DNA of 64,000 nt from Pristiophorus japonicus (taxonomy: Eukaryota), in assembly GCF_044704955.1 (NCBI RefSeq), contig NC_091990.1:30256001-30320000 (forward strand), in the 5' to 3' direction. Below are positions 51,577 to 63,250 of this stretch, piece after piece; position 1 is the first letter of the stretch, and every line of letters starts with the position of its first letter. The translations under genes were made by a program, and so were the position numbers. The notes under the pieces are model-generated. The model was not told the DNA's origin. It worked only from the letters and a program-made list of their open reading frames with translations, and did not search any database.

Positions 51577-52326
51577 TATTGTGCAGAGAAAACATTTACA
51601 GATGATCTAAATTATTTACTTTTCTCTTTCCTGGATGGTCTTTGCTTATTATCCTGTGTACAAAAAGCCACTTTAACTGGATATTTTTACCTACTTGATT
51701 CATGTTGCTTCTGAGTAGGTTCCCAGTTGAAACAACTTTTTACACATGCAAATTAAACATTTGTTTAACTCAAACTCCAAAGAGCACACTAACAAGGTTC
51801 CCACTAAAGTATTATTGGATTTAATTTATCTACTTATTAAAAATGAAAACAAGGAATATGCATTATGTTTGAATATACAATGTATGCATCTGTTTTATAG
51901 GAACAGTTACTTTGTGTTTTAAGTTTAGAGAGTATGTTTTGTTGTTAAATCATATATTTATGTAGATCAGCCTTCAACATTATTTTCTCATCCATAATCT
52001 AATATTTAGAATATGGGTGATTAAAGGGATATGTTATGGAGAGGCTTACATTTTATTTTTATTTACATCAGAATGGACAATTCATCAGAAATAAAGTTAC
52101 AAATGAGTTATAGTCACTCAAGAATGGGCACTCTCAAGAACGTCATTTTTTACTTCCTTTTAATTCGCATAAACTGTTTCCCATGTCCTTTCCCTCAACT
52201 TTGTTAAGATTGTTAATTTGAATTGTATTTAAATAATGGCTCCAGGGAGGCTTGTTTGTGCTCTGCTGGGCCATAAACTGCACATATGGCTCTGCTGCTG
52301 CACTTGAATGATAGAACTAATGTACA

Positions 52327-52670
52327 ACTATTTTAAAGTTGAAACATTAATACAAGTGCCTCCTGATTAAAGGGGGGCACTAAAACTGACAAACAAATTA
52401 AACTTTAGACAGTAAACTTGAATCAAATGAAAATTTGTTTTTCGTGGGTGATGATGCACTCTAGTCCCTCTGGCGCCTACCTCTCGCGGAAGGCCGCGAA
52501 CGTACCAGTGGACACCGCGTGCTCCATCTCCAGGGACACCCTGGCTTGGATGTAACTGCGGAAGAGAGGCAGGCAGTCGGGCTGAACGACCCCCTCGACC
52601 GCCCGCTGCCTGGGCCGGTTGATGGCCACCTTGGCCATGCCCAGGAGCAGTCCTACGAGGAGGCCTTCCT
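52327..52670 (-). mobile_element. 5'-truncated Tx1-like element (3' end), second copy
   Basis: EGLLVGLLLGMAKVAINRPRQRAVEGVVQPDCLPLFRSYIQARVSLEMEHAVSTGTFAAFRER; TSD GAACTAATGTACA at 52314-52326 and 52671-52683. Confidence 0.75.
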
Positions 52671-53272
52671 GAACTAATGTACATGATTGCACGTGGGTAG
52701 CAGGTGCAGTTTAAGCAGGATGGATGAAATGGCAGCAGAGGAAAGAAAGCCACAAACATTGCTGAATTTCAGAGTCAGGAGAAAACAGCTGATGGCAAAG
52801 AAGCTGTAGAATGCACTTACAATTGGCCAGATGTATGGATATGTAAAGTATCTTTGTTGGATATATTTACAACACGAATATAGAATGTGAGGCCTACAGT
52901 GCTGTATTTAAAACTCAAGGAGCATTATTGTCAAGTAACTGGTGAAAAAGATTGCATAATACACAAGTGTAGAACCAGATGCTAAATTAAGATCGATGTC
53001 AAAACAAAAAATGTAATTAACCCACAAAATAGCAGTCAAAATTCTGGAGCAAAGTTTTTAAAAAAAACAGGAAAAACCTGTCTACAGAATACTTGCATCC
53101 GCAGTGGATTGCATCAAGATTTCTTCCCACCTGACCAGAAATGGTCAGCCATATTTGGACTGCATTAGTTGGGGTTAATTGAAATAAAAATACTAAATCT
53201 GTCTCTGACATTCGGCTGATTACTGATAATTGCCGAGTCAGTTAGCTGCCCTGCTCTCAACCATTGAATAAT

Positions 53273-54887
53273 GACGGCAGCGAAGAGTGACGTCATCAAA
53301 GTCCAGGTCGGTGATTGGAACGTGGGCAGATACACCAGGAGCGGCGAGGTCGGGGTGAAGGAGTGGCGAGAGACTGTAGAAGGACGTGATTGGAGCCCAG
53401 GGGAGCTGTGAATTTGGGACCAGGGGCAGCACAGGCCAGCCGACACTGCGACATGTGTGTACATAGAAACATAGAAAATAGGTGCAGGAGCAGGCCATTC
53501 GAGCCTGCACCACTATTCAATGAGTTCATGGCTGAACATGCAACTTCAGTACCCCATTCCTGCTTTCTCGCCATACCCCTTGATCCCCCTAGTAGTAAGG
53601 ACTACATCTAACTCCTTTTTGAATATATTTAGTGAATTGGTGTTAACAACTTTTTGTGGTAGAGAATTCCACAGGTTCACCACTCTCTGGGTGAAGAAGT
53701 TTCTCCTCATCTCGGTCCTAAATGGCTTACCCCTTATCCTTAGACTGTGACCCTTGGTTCTGGACTTCCCCAACATTGGGAACATTCTTCCTGCATCTAA
53801 CCTGTCTAAACCCGTCAGAATTTTAAACGTTTCTATAAGATCCCCGCTCATTCTTCTGAACTCCAGTGAATACAAGCCCAGTTGATCCAGTCTTTCTTGA
53901 TATGTCAGTCCCGCCATCCCGGGAATCAGTCTGGTGAACCTTTGCTGCACTCCCTCAATAGCGAGAACATCCTTCCTCAAGTTAGGAGACCAAAACTGTA
54001 CACAATACTCCAGGTGTGGCCTCACCAAGGCCCTGTACAACTGTAGCAACACCTCCCTGCCCCTGTACTCAAATCCCCTCGCTATGAAGGCCAACATGCC
54101 ATTTGCTTTCTTAACCGCCTGCTGTACCTGCATGCCAACCTTCAATGACTGATGTACCATGACACCCAGGTCTCGTTGCACCTCCCCTTTTCCTAATCTG
54201 TCACCATTCAGATAATAGTGTGTCTCTCTGTTTTTACCACCAAAGTAGATAACCTCACATTTATCCACATTATACTTCATCTGCCATGCATTTGCCCACT
54301 CACCTAACCTGTCCAAGTCACTCTGCAGCCTCATAGCATCCTCCTCGCAGCTCACACTGCCACCTAACTTAGTGTCATCCGCAAATTTGGAGATACTACA
54401 TTTAATCCCCTCGTCTAAATCATTAATGTACAATGTAAACAGCTGGGGCCCCAGCACAGAACCTTGCGGTACCCCACTAGTCACTGCCTGCCATTCTGAA
54501 AAGTACCCATTTACTCCTACTCTTTGCTTCTTGTCTGACAACCAGTTCTCAATCCACGTCAGCACACTACCCCCAATCCCATGTGCTTTAACTTTGCACA
54601 TTAATCTCTTGTGTGGGACCTTGTCGAAAGTGTACACTAGGTCCATGCAGCAGAGCTGGTCTCCAGTCGTCTTGGTTAATCCTTGCTACTGGACCAAGAC
54701 CTAGTTCTGTCAAGCCTGTGTGGTGGCTGGTGTGCAACAGTCACCACACATTAAAAAAAATCCACGCACAGGCATCTTGCACCCTTCAACATGTAGTTCA
54801 GGTCCTTCATTGAAAAACCTGTGAACTCGTCCTTTTTTGGCGTGGAAGCAAGTCATCCTCATTTCGAGGGACCGCCTATGATGATGA
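53273..54887 (+). mobile_element. RTE-tailed non-autonomous element split by a CR1 insertion
   Basis: 53273-53463 + 54630-54887 join into a copy of the 58380-58968 element; ends cctatgatgatga. Confidence 0.78.
53463..54629 (-). mobile_element. Young 5'-truncated CR1
   Basis: Uninterrupted ORF from FDKVPHKRL to the stop; GTGTACA duplicated at 53457-53463 and 54630-54636. Confidence 0.95.
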
Positions 54888-55521
54888 ATGACCCAGTCAA
54901 AAGTGCAGGTGGTAATCAGTGAGCGGTTTCCTTCATCACAAAACTATTTTCCCTGTTCTTAATGATAGTGAGCTAACAGGATTGCAACCCTCTCCCCCAA
55001 ACATCTTTAATCAGCAGGGATTCTGCTCCAATGAAATGGCACTAATCTTTTTAAGAATTATTCTGAAATTATCAGCCACATAAGTACTGTGCAGAGAAAA
55101 TAAGTTGGGCCAAAAGTTAATTTTTTTTGTTAATGAAGTAACCTGTTGTGGCTGCAACAGGATCACCCTTTGTGCCCTGCCTCAGGAAACGCAGTGGTGG
55201 GGCCCTGACACAGAACAGGCCTTTGGCTCTGCTCGTCAAGTCTCTCAAACTCAGTGGGACCGTGAGAAAATCCATTTAGATGTCAACCTTGTGAAACAGC
55301 AGTGGGCATTTAATAACAGCGGCTGAAAGGGTTAAAAAGAAAAAAAAAGCCTCAGCAGAGAATGAAGTAAAAACAAATAAATAAGACCATTTCACCTCGG
55401 GGACGGTGAAGGAATGTGGAAAATGTCAGTCGCTGACCGTCAGGCCCTCAACAATGTGCGGCTCAAGCACTGACCGCTGGAGGCCTGTGCCGATGCGGGG
55501 CGGGGGCGTCTGCTGTCTTAC

Positions 55522-55677
55522 CTTGACGTTGTATTTCTTCCTGGCAATGCCCACCTTGACTCCCAGGTAAGCCAGCATGACCCAGCTGTAGATAAAGACC
55601 AGGATCACGTAGCCGAATTGAGGGGGGATGAGCTGGGTCGGGTGGGGGATCACATTCTGCGGGGGGACGTACTGCAT
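55522..55677 (-). CDS. MGST3: MGST3-like (mgst3b-type, MAPEG family) first coding exon
   Basis: MQYVPPQNVIPHPTQLIPPQFGYVILVFIYSWVMLAYLGVKVGIARKKYNVK|gtaaga; acceptor ctttttcag with exon start at 55696. The start codon is inferred. Confidence 0.85.
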
Positions 55678-55954
55678 CGGGCTGACACTGACCGGCCTGA
55701 AAAAGGGGGACTTGCGCCAACAACAGGGGCAGAGGGTACCAGCACTGTCCAAACCCACACAGCAAGTCCTCGGAGCAGGGCAGCGCCCCCTCTCTCTGCC
55801 ACTGGTGCTGCAACTCAAAATCCCACACGTGTGTGTGTGTGTGCACCTCATTATTCTCCTCTTCTCTCTCCCTGTCCAGGTGAAAATTGTTGGGTGTCTC
55901 TCCCCTTCAGCTTTTTTTTTTCCTTTTGCTTTTTTTTAAAAAAAATTGAAATTA

Positions 55955-56431
55955 AAAAGACTTGCATTTATATAGCGCCTTTCACGACCAACGGGCATGC
56001 CAAAGTGCTTTTGAGATACTTTTATTTGAAATGCAGTCACTGTTGTAATCATAGAAATTTACAGCATGGAAGGCGGCCGTTTCAGCCCATCCTGTCCGTG
56101 CCGGCCGTGTAGAAAACGCGGCAGCCAATTTGCGCACAAGCAAGCTCCCGCACCAAACAGCATTGCGGCGATGACCAGATGATCCGTTTGTGATGTTGGT
56201 CGAGGGATAAATATTGGTCCAGGACACCAGGGGCAACTCCCCCACACTTCTTCAAAATAGTGCCATGGGATCTTTTACATCCACTTGAGAGGGCAAGCAG
56301 GGCCTCGGCTTAATGCCGCATCTGAAAGACGGCACCTCCGACAGTGCAGCAGGCCCTCAGCACTGCACTGGAGTGTCAGCCTAGATTTTTTTTTTTGTTC
56401 AAGTCTCTGTCTCACTAAGACACAGCTGACA
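55955..56431 (-). mobile_element. DeuSINE copy (5' part partly deleted, small internal insertion)
   Basis: Reverse complement of the Deu core and of the tail (gacttgcatttatatagcgcctttcacgac). Confidence 0.8.
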
Positions 56432-56672
56432 CATTTTTAAATTTTATAGTCTTTTATTTAAATTACATTTCCATGATTGTTCATTGCAAGGGTTTGGTAA
56501 TAAATCAAGTCTTCCAACAAGAATTTACATACAAAACTCTCAGATAGGAACGTACCAGCTGCTTCATCTAGCCTGTCCAATAAGTTGTGATCACAATAGA
56601 ATTACATATATAGAATATACAGAAACAGGCTATTCGGCCTAACTGGTCCATGCCAGTCTTTATGCTCTGCCG

Positions 56673-57366
56673 CAGGGCCAGCCTTGGGGAAAATGGCACC
56701 CTGGGAGAACTTTTACTTTTGCGCCCATTCTTTGTGTTTAAGTATGTAGTCGTATTTGCGAAAGTTTGAGAAATAAAGCTGTAATCTCAAAAGTCTTTTA
56801 TGATTTACTAAAAGAAACGAGAGGAAATGACACAAAATTAAATTCAATTTTATTCAAATAATAAATAATACAAGTCGTAAAAATAACATTATACCTAAGT
56901 AACAAATAAACTAAACATTAAATTAAACACTAAACTAATAAATAACAATAACAAATAAACTTTGTTTTCCAAGATTCAGAAGGTGACTCTGTGTGTCTTT
57001 ACTCCCCCAAACTCTGACATTGCTTGTGACAGGTCTATCTTTTGATCCACACCATTCTCGATAGACAGGATGGCCAGCGAAGATAGCTTGTCATCTCCCA
57101 TGGTCGATCGCAAATATGTTTTTATGAGCTTCAACTTCGAGAAGCTCCATTTGCTACTCGCTGCCAATATGGGCATAGTTAATAGGATCCTGAGTGCTAT
57201 CCATGTGTATGGAAAGATGTCATGAAGTTCATTGTTGTAAATAAATTGTAGAACGTCTTGAGGAGCACTACAGTCTGTTGGAAGCAGACAATTAACACGC
57301 TCTTGACCAAGGTGGCCCCCTGACCATGGTGCCCTGGATGGTCGCCCACCCATAAGGCTGGCCCTG
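56673..57366 (-). mobile_element. hAT DNA transposon internal-deletion derivative
   Basis: Perfect 13-bp TIRs CAGGGCCAGCCTT / AAGGCTGGCCCTG; retains the hATC dimerisation domain (IFPYTWIALRILLTMP...SFSKLKLIKTYLRSTM..KLSSLAILSIE). Confidence 0.85.
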
Positions 57367-58379
57367 TTTGCACGAGCCTCCTCCCACCCCTCTATATATA
57401 ACCCTATTAGTCAGGACTTGGCCCGTACTGACTTGTGAATAATTTACCCGCTTAACTTTACCTTTGGCAGATGTTTAATTTTTCTGCAGATTCATTGTCT
57501 AATTAAACAGGCCCAACCTTTATATTATTTTTTTTTTAAATTGCTTCTGTTAAAGGAAAGAGAATCATAGGTGCTTGGTCCCAGTGGCAGAGTTAGTGGG
57601 AGTCTGACTGGGATGGGAGCTCTGGTCTTTGGGTCCTGGCTGAACTTTAGGCACTGATTCTGGGGACTGACTTTCACTTTAGGATTGCTGATACTGTGCT
57701 GCTAATGAGTGTAGGGGTCAGTTTCTGGGATCCCAGAGGGCAAGGAGGGAGAGTAATCAAGTTGGCAAGAGAGGTCAGGAGAGAGAGAGAGAGAATGAAA
57801 AGGTGCACAATCCCCTCACATGCTGGGGTTGGGATACAATCCCCTCTTACCCTGGGATCAGGGTTATATTCCCTCTCGGGTAAAGGGGGCGAGTTATGGA
57901 GTGAAAGTGTCAGTTACTGAGAGAGTGCATAAGCTCGAGTGTGTGCAAGTGAATACGAGAGTGAGGGAGAGTATGAATATGAGTGAGTGGGAGTGAATGA
58001 GTGAGCGAATAAGTGAATACGAGGGGAAAAAAGTGAATTACCGAGTAAAGAAAGATTTGCATTTATATAGCGCCTTTCATGAAAACCGGACGTCTCAAAG
58101 CGCTTTTCAGCAATTGAAGCACTTTTGGAGTGTAGTCACTGTTGTAGTACAGGTACCACCAACAATGTCTCTGCAAGATCCTGCAAATCCACTGGGAGGA
58201 TAGACGCACCAACATCAGTGTTCTCGATCAGGCCAACAACCCCAGGGTGATGATGGTGAGGGTAATGGGGTGTGAGAGGGTGTGTTAAAGAGTGCGAGTG
58301 AGTGAGTCTGAGAGTGAATATGAGAGTGACTGAGTAAGAGAGTGTGTGAGAGGGAATGTGAATCAGCGCCCTGGGTGCA

Positions 58380-58968
58380 GCGTGGAGGCCCCGACTTGCG
58401 AGGGACCATCAGCGGCAAGTTGATGCCATAAAAGGAGTGGTGAGCGGAGGCCTGGGAGCAGCGTGGAGGCATGCCACTACAAGGTACAGTGTGAGCTGGT
58501 GCAGGAGGGCAACGGCAGCGAAGAGTGACGTCAGCAAGGTCCATGTCGGTGATTGGCACGTGGGCAGGTGCAGCAGGAGTGACGAGATCGGGGCAAAGGA
58601 GCTGTGAGAGACTGTGGAGGGATGTGATGGGGGCCCATGGGAGGCGTGAGTTCGGGGCCAGGGGCCCAGGAACAGCATAGACCAGCCCACACTGTGATAT
58701 GTGTGCGCACTAGGTTCGTGCAGCAAAGCAGGTCTCCAGTTGTCTTGGGTAATCCTTGCCACTGGACCAAGACCTAGCTCTGTCAAGCCCGTGTGGTGGC
58801 TGGTGTGCAACGGCCACCACACGTTAAAAAAATCCACGCACAGACATCTTTCACCCTTGAGGATGTAGTTCGGGTTCTTCTTTCGAAACACCTGTGAACT
58901 CATTCTTTTTTTTGGCGTGGAAGCAAGTCATCCTCGTTTCGAGGGACCACCTTTGATCATATGATGAT
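58380..58968 (+). mobile_element. RTE-tailed non-autonomous element
   Basis: Colinear with the copies at 9772-10208 and 53273-54887; embedded in a GAGT-rich low-complexity tract. Confidence 0.75.
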
Positions 58969-59371
58969 GAATCAATAAAAGTGTGTCAGTGAGTGAATAT
59001 GAGGGATTGTGCATCAGCGAGTGAGCGCGGTAGAATGAAATCCATGGGACATGCAGCAACCTGCAGCTGTCGCCTTTCTCACTTTCCCCACTCACCTTCC
59101 TCAACAGTCATGACTGAGGTGAGAAAGGAGAAGACAACATTTAGTTCTTAAACTGTAAGTACCATTTGACTACTCAGAAATTATACAAGACTTCTCTGAA
59201 GGTAAAGCACACAAAGATAGGTTGAGTTGTCATATGGTTTATATACTGAAATAACATTAGTTTTCAAGAACTTTATAATCGTTCACTGTCAGTTACTCTT
59301 ATGTTAACTATCGCTCATCATTTTAACATAGAATTACATTTTTATATTACCTATTGCAAAGATGCCTTTTC

Positions 59372-62300
59372 TGTCATGTATTTAACTGTCATTGTAACCC
59401 ATGTATAAACTGACCTAAGTTGTACACCGTGAGAACATTGACCACTAGGTGGTGAACTTGTGGGAGATACTCCTAACCTGGACTTTCAGGTATAAAAGGG
59501 AAAGCTCCAACCACCTTCATCACTTCAGTGCTGGCAAATAAAGGTTACTGGTCACAGAGTGACCTTCTCTCAAGTATGGGCCTCGTGTGCATTTATACTG
59601 TAGAGTAAGGACATATTATTGGCGACGAGAAACTGGGATTTAAACCACACGAGCATGGCCACTAGCAGCACAGACGTGAGTTACTGTGTTGGTGATGATT
59701 GGGACGATTTTATTGAGAGACTACAGCAACGTTTCATCACTAAGGAATGGCTGGGACAGGATTCGGCCGACAAACACAGGGCTCATCTCCTGACGGTTTG
59801 TGGATCCAGGACATACTCCCTGATGAAGGACCTTCTAGCGCCAGAGAAGCCGGCGGACAAGACGTTCAAAGAGCTCAGTAAGTTGATCACATAAGTGATT
59901 CACATAAACCCGGACACCAGGCCAGTACACCACAAGGCCAGAGTGGTGCCGTACGTGATGCGGGAAAAGATAGAAGGCGAATTGGACCGCCTGCTGAGGG
60001 AAGTCATCATCTCGCCAGTCGAATTCAGTGATTGGGCGAGCCCGATTGTGCCAGTGCTCAAGGTGGATGGGTCGGCCAGGATATGTGGTGATTACAAGGC
60101 CACCATCAATTGGGTGTCACTCCAAGACCAGTACCCGCTACCGAGAGTGGAGGACCTCTTTGCGACGCTATCCGGTGGCAAACTTTTTTCAAAATTGGAC
60201 CAGACCTCAGCTTACATGACCCAGGAGCTGGCGCGTGAGTCGAAGAAGCTGACCACCATCACGATATACAAGGGGTTGTTTGAGTACAACAGATGTCCGT
60301 TTGGGATTCGCTCGGCCGCCGCGATCTTTCTACGAAATATGGAAAGCCTCCTCAAGTCGATTCCAAGGACAGTGGTTTTTCAAGACGACATCCTCATCAC
60401 GGGTTGTGATACTGAAGAAGACTTCCGCAACCTGGAGGAGGTGCTACGCAGACTGGACTGGGTAGGTCTGCGACTGAAAAAGTCAAAGTGCGTCTTCCTA
60501 GCTCCAGAGATAGAATTCCTGGGGATGAGGGTAGCAGCAGACGGGATCAGACTACTGCGTCCAAAACGGAAGCGATCCAGAGAGCACCCAGACCCGGTAA
60601 CACAACGGAGCTACGTTCGTTCCTGGGGCTCCTGAACTATTTTGGTAACTTTCTTCCCAAATTGAGCACGCTGTTAGAGCCGCTACACGTGCTCCTACGC
60701 AAAGGTCGCGAATGGGTCTGGGGGGACAGCCAGGAAAGGGCTTTTGATAGAGCACGAAATTTGTTATGCTCCAACAATCTGTTAATGCTATATGACCCAT
60801 GTAAGAAACTTGTTTTAACGTGCGACGCGTCGTCCTATGGGGTCGGGTGTGTGTTGCAGCATTTTAATGCCAAGGGTCAGTTACAGCTGGTAGCTTATGC
60901 CTCCAGAAGTCTGTCCCAGGCAGAACGGGGCTACGGGATGGTAGAAAAGGAAGCGCTTGCATGTGTATATACTGTAAAAAAAATGCACTGGTGCCTGTTT
61001 GGCAGGAAATTTGAGCTGGAGACAGATCACAAACCCCTAACATCCCTTTTGGCTGACAACAAGGCCATAAATGCATCGGCCCGCATACAGAGATGGGCAC
61101 TCACGTTAGCCGCCTATGACTATACAATTCGGCACAGACCGGGCACTGAAAACTGCGCCGATGCACTCAACAGGCTTCCACTAGCCACCACCGAGGGGGC
61201 AACTGAGCGTGCTGCTGAGATGGTCATGGCTGTTGAAGCTTTCAAAAGCGAAGGCTCACCAGTGATAGCCCGTCAGATTAAAGTCTGGACAAATAGAGAC
61301 CCGCTATTGTCTCTAGTCAAGAAATGTGTCCTGAATGGGAACTGGACAGCCACGTACGGGGCATGCCCTGAGGAATTCAAACCATTTCACAGTCGCAAGG
61401 ATGAACTCTTGATTCAGGCCGATTGCCTACTATGGGGAAACCGAGTAGTCATGCCCCAGATGGGCAGAGAGATGTTCATCAGAGAACTCCACAATGAGCA
61501 CCCGGGCATTGTCATGGTGAAGGCAATTGCCAGGTCACACATTTGGTGGCCAGGGATAGATGCAGACCTGGAACTTTGAGTTCGCAGGTACAACACGTGT
61601 GCCCAGCTGGGCGATGCACCCAGGGAAGCCCCCCTTAGCTCCTGGCCATGACCCGCCAAGCCATGGTCACGCATCCATGTGGACTACGCAGGTCCTTTCA
61701 TGGGAAAAATGTTTTTGGTTGTAGTAGACGCCTACTCCAAATGGATCGAGTGTGACATTCTCAATTCAAGCACATCCTCTGCCACGGTAGAAAGTCTACG
61801 GGCAATGTTCGCCGCCCATGGTCTACCGGACATCTTGGTCAGCGACAATGGCGCGTGCTTTACAAGCATTGAATTCCAGGACTTCATGGCAGGAAATGGT
61901 ATCAACCATGTCAGAACGGCACCGTTCAAGCCGGCCTCAAACGGCCAGGTGGAACGAGCAGTGCAGATAATCAAACGGGATGCTCAGAATTCAAGGGGGT
62001 TCCCTTCAAAGCCGCTTATCACGCCTCCTGTTGGCCAATAGATCCCGACGACACTCGCTCACAGGGGTCCCACCCGCAGAGCTGCTAATGAAAAGGATGC
62101 TCAAAACCAGGTTATCCCTTATACACCCCACCATGAAAGAAATTGTTGAGAGCAGGCGCCAGTCACAATGTGACTACCATGACAGGAATGCGAGGGCACG
62201 ATGTATTGATGTTAATGACCCTGTCTTTGTCCTCAACGACGCTACAGGGCCTAAATGGCTAGCAGGCACTGTGATTGCCAAAGAGGGGAATAGGATTCTG

Positions 62301-62848
62301 GTAGTTAAACTTACCAATGGACAAATCTGCCGCAAACACGTGGATCAAACAAAAAGGAGGTTCAGCAACCCCATAGAAGAAGCAGAGGAAGAACACGATG
62401 TAGAGTTCACTCCTCCACAGGTGACCGAAACACCGGAACCAAGTGGAGGAGAGCCCTGTAGGCAGGCCTGAGGCACCGCAAACAACAGACACTCAGGCCA
62501 GTGCCCAACAACCTGAGCCCCAACTCAGGCGCTCTACAAGGGAGCGTAAACCACCAGAGCGACTTAACCTGTGATCCCAATAAGACTTTGGGGGGAGGTG
62601 ATGTCAGGTATTTAACTGTCATTGTAACCCATGTATAAACTGACCTAAGTTGTACACCGTGAGAACATTGACCACTAGGTGGTGAACTTGTGGGAGACAC
62701 TCCTAACCTGGACTTTCAGGTATAAAAGGGGAAGCTCCATCCACCTTCATCACTTCAGTGCTGGCAAATAAAGGTTACTGGTCACAGAGTGACCGTCTCT
62801 CAAGTATGGGCCTCGTGTGCATTTATATTGTATAGTAAGGACAGATTA
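59372..62848 (+). mobile_element. Ty3/Gypsy LTR retrotransposon with both LTRs; internally deleted and frameshifted
   Basis: 247-bp LTRs at 59372-59618 and 62602-62848; PBS TGGCGACGAG; PPT ggggggagg; 5-bp TSD TTTTC; gag N-terminus, then RT (FQDD), RNase H (TCDAS, ETDHKPL) and integrase (SDNG, SNGQVER) in Gypsy order. Confidence 0.95.
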
Positions 62849-63250
62849 TTTTCGTGATTGTACATATGAGGATTTGTCACCACATTAAGTAAGTAGTATA
62901 ATTATCTCGTGAAATGTAGGGGCTCAGCAAAGCAAACACTGCCCCTGTAGATGGGATGAGAGTGTTTTATTTGAGGAGGAGGGCTATTATTGTGATTTTG
63001 AAAGGGAGAGGAACACTCCCCAAGAGAGGGAACAATTATAAACTCCTCAAAGTTTTGAAAGAAAAACTCAAGGGTGAGGAGTAAATAAAGTTTAAAAATG
63101 TTAATTGTTTGGTAATGACAAGGGGCACAGTCTCAAAATAAGGCGTCGGCCATTTAGGATCGAGATGAGAAATTTCTTCACTCAGAGGGTTGTGAATCTT
63201 TGGAATTCTCCACCTCAGAGGGCTGTGGATGCTCTGTCATTGAGTATATT

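Noticed and set aside
55426-55851. 141-aa ORF (and the 129-aa ORF at 46851-47240) as complete proteins
   Set aside because: Each contains a single MGST3-like exon plus intronic read-through.
57900-58360. GAGT/GTGA-rich tract
   Set aside because: Ordinary degenerate simple repeat with no higher-order structure visible.
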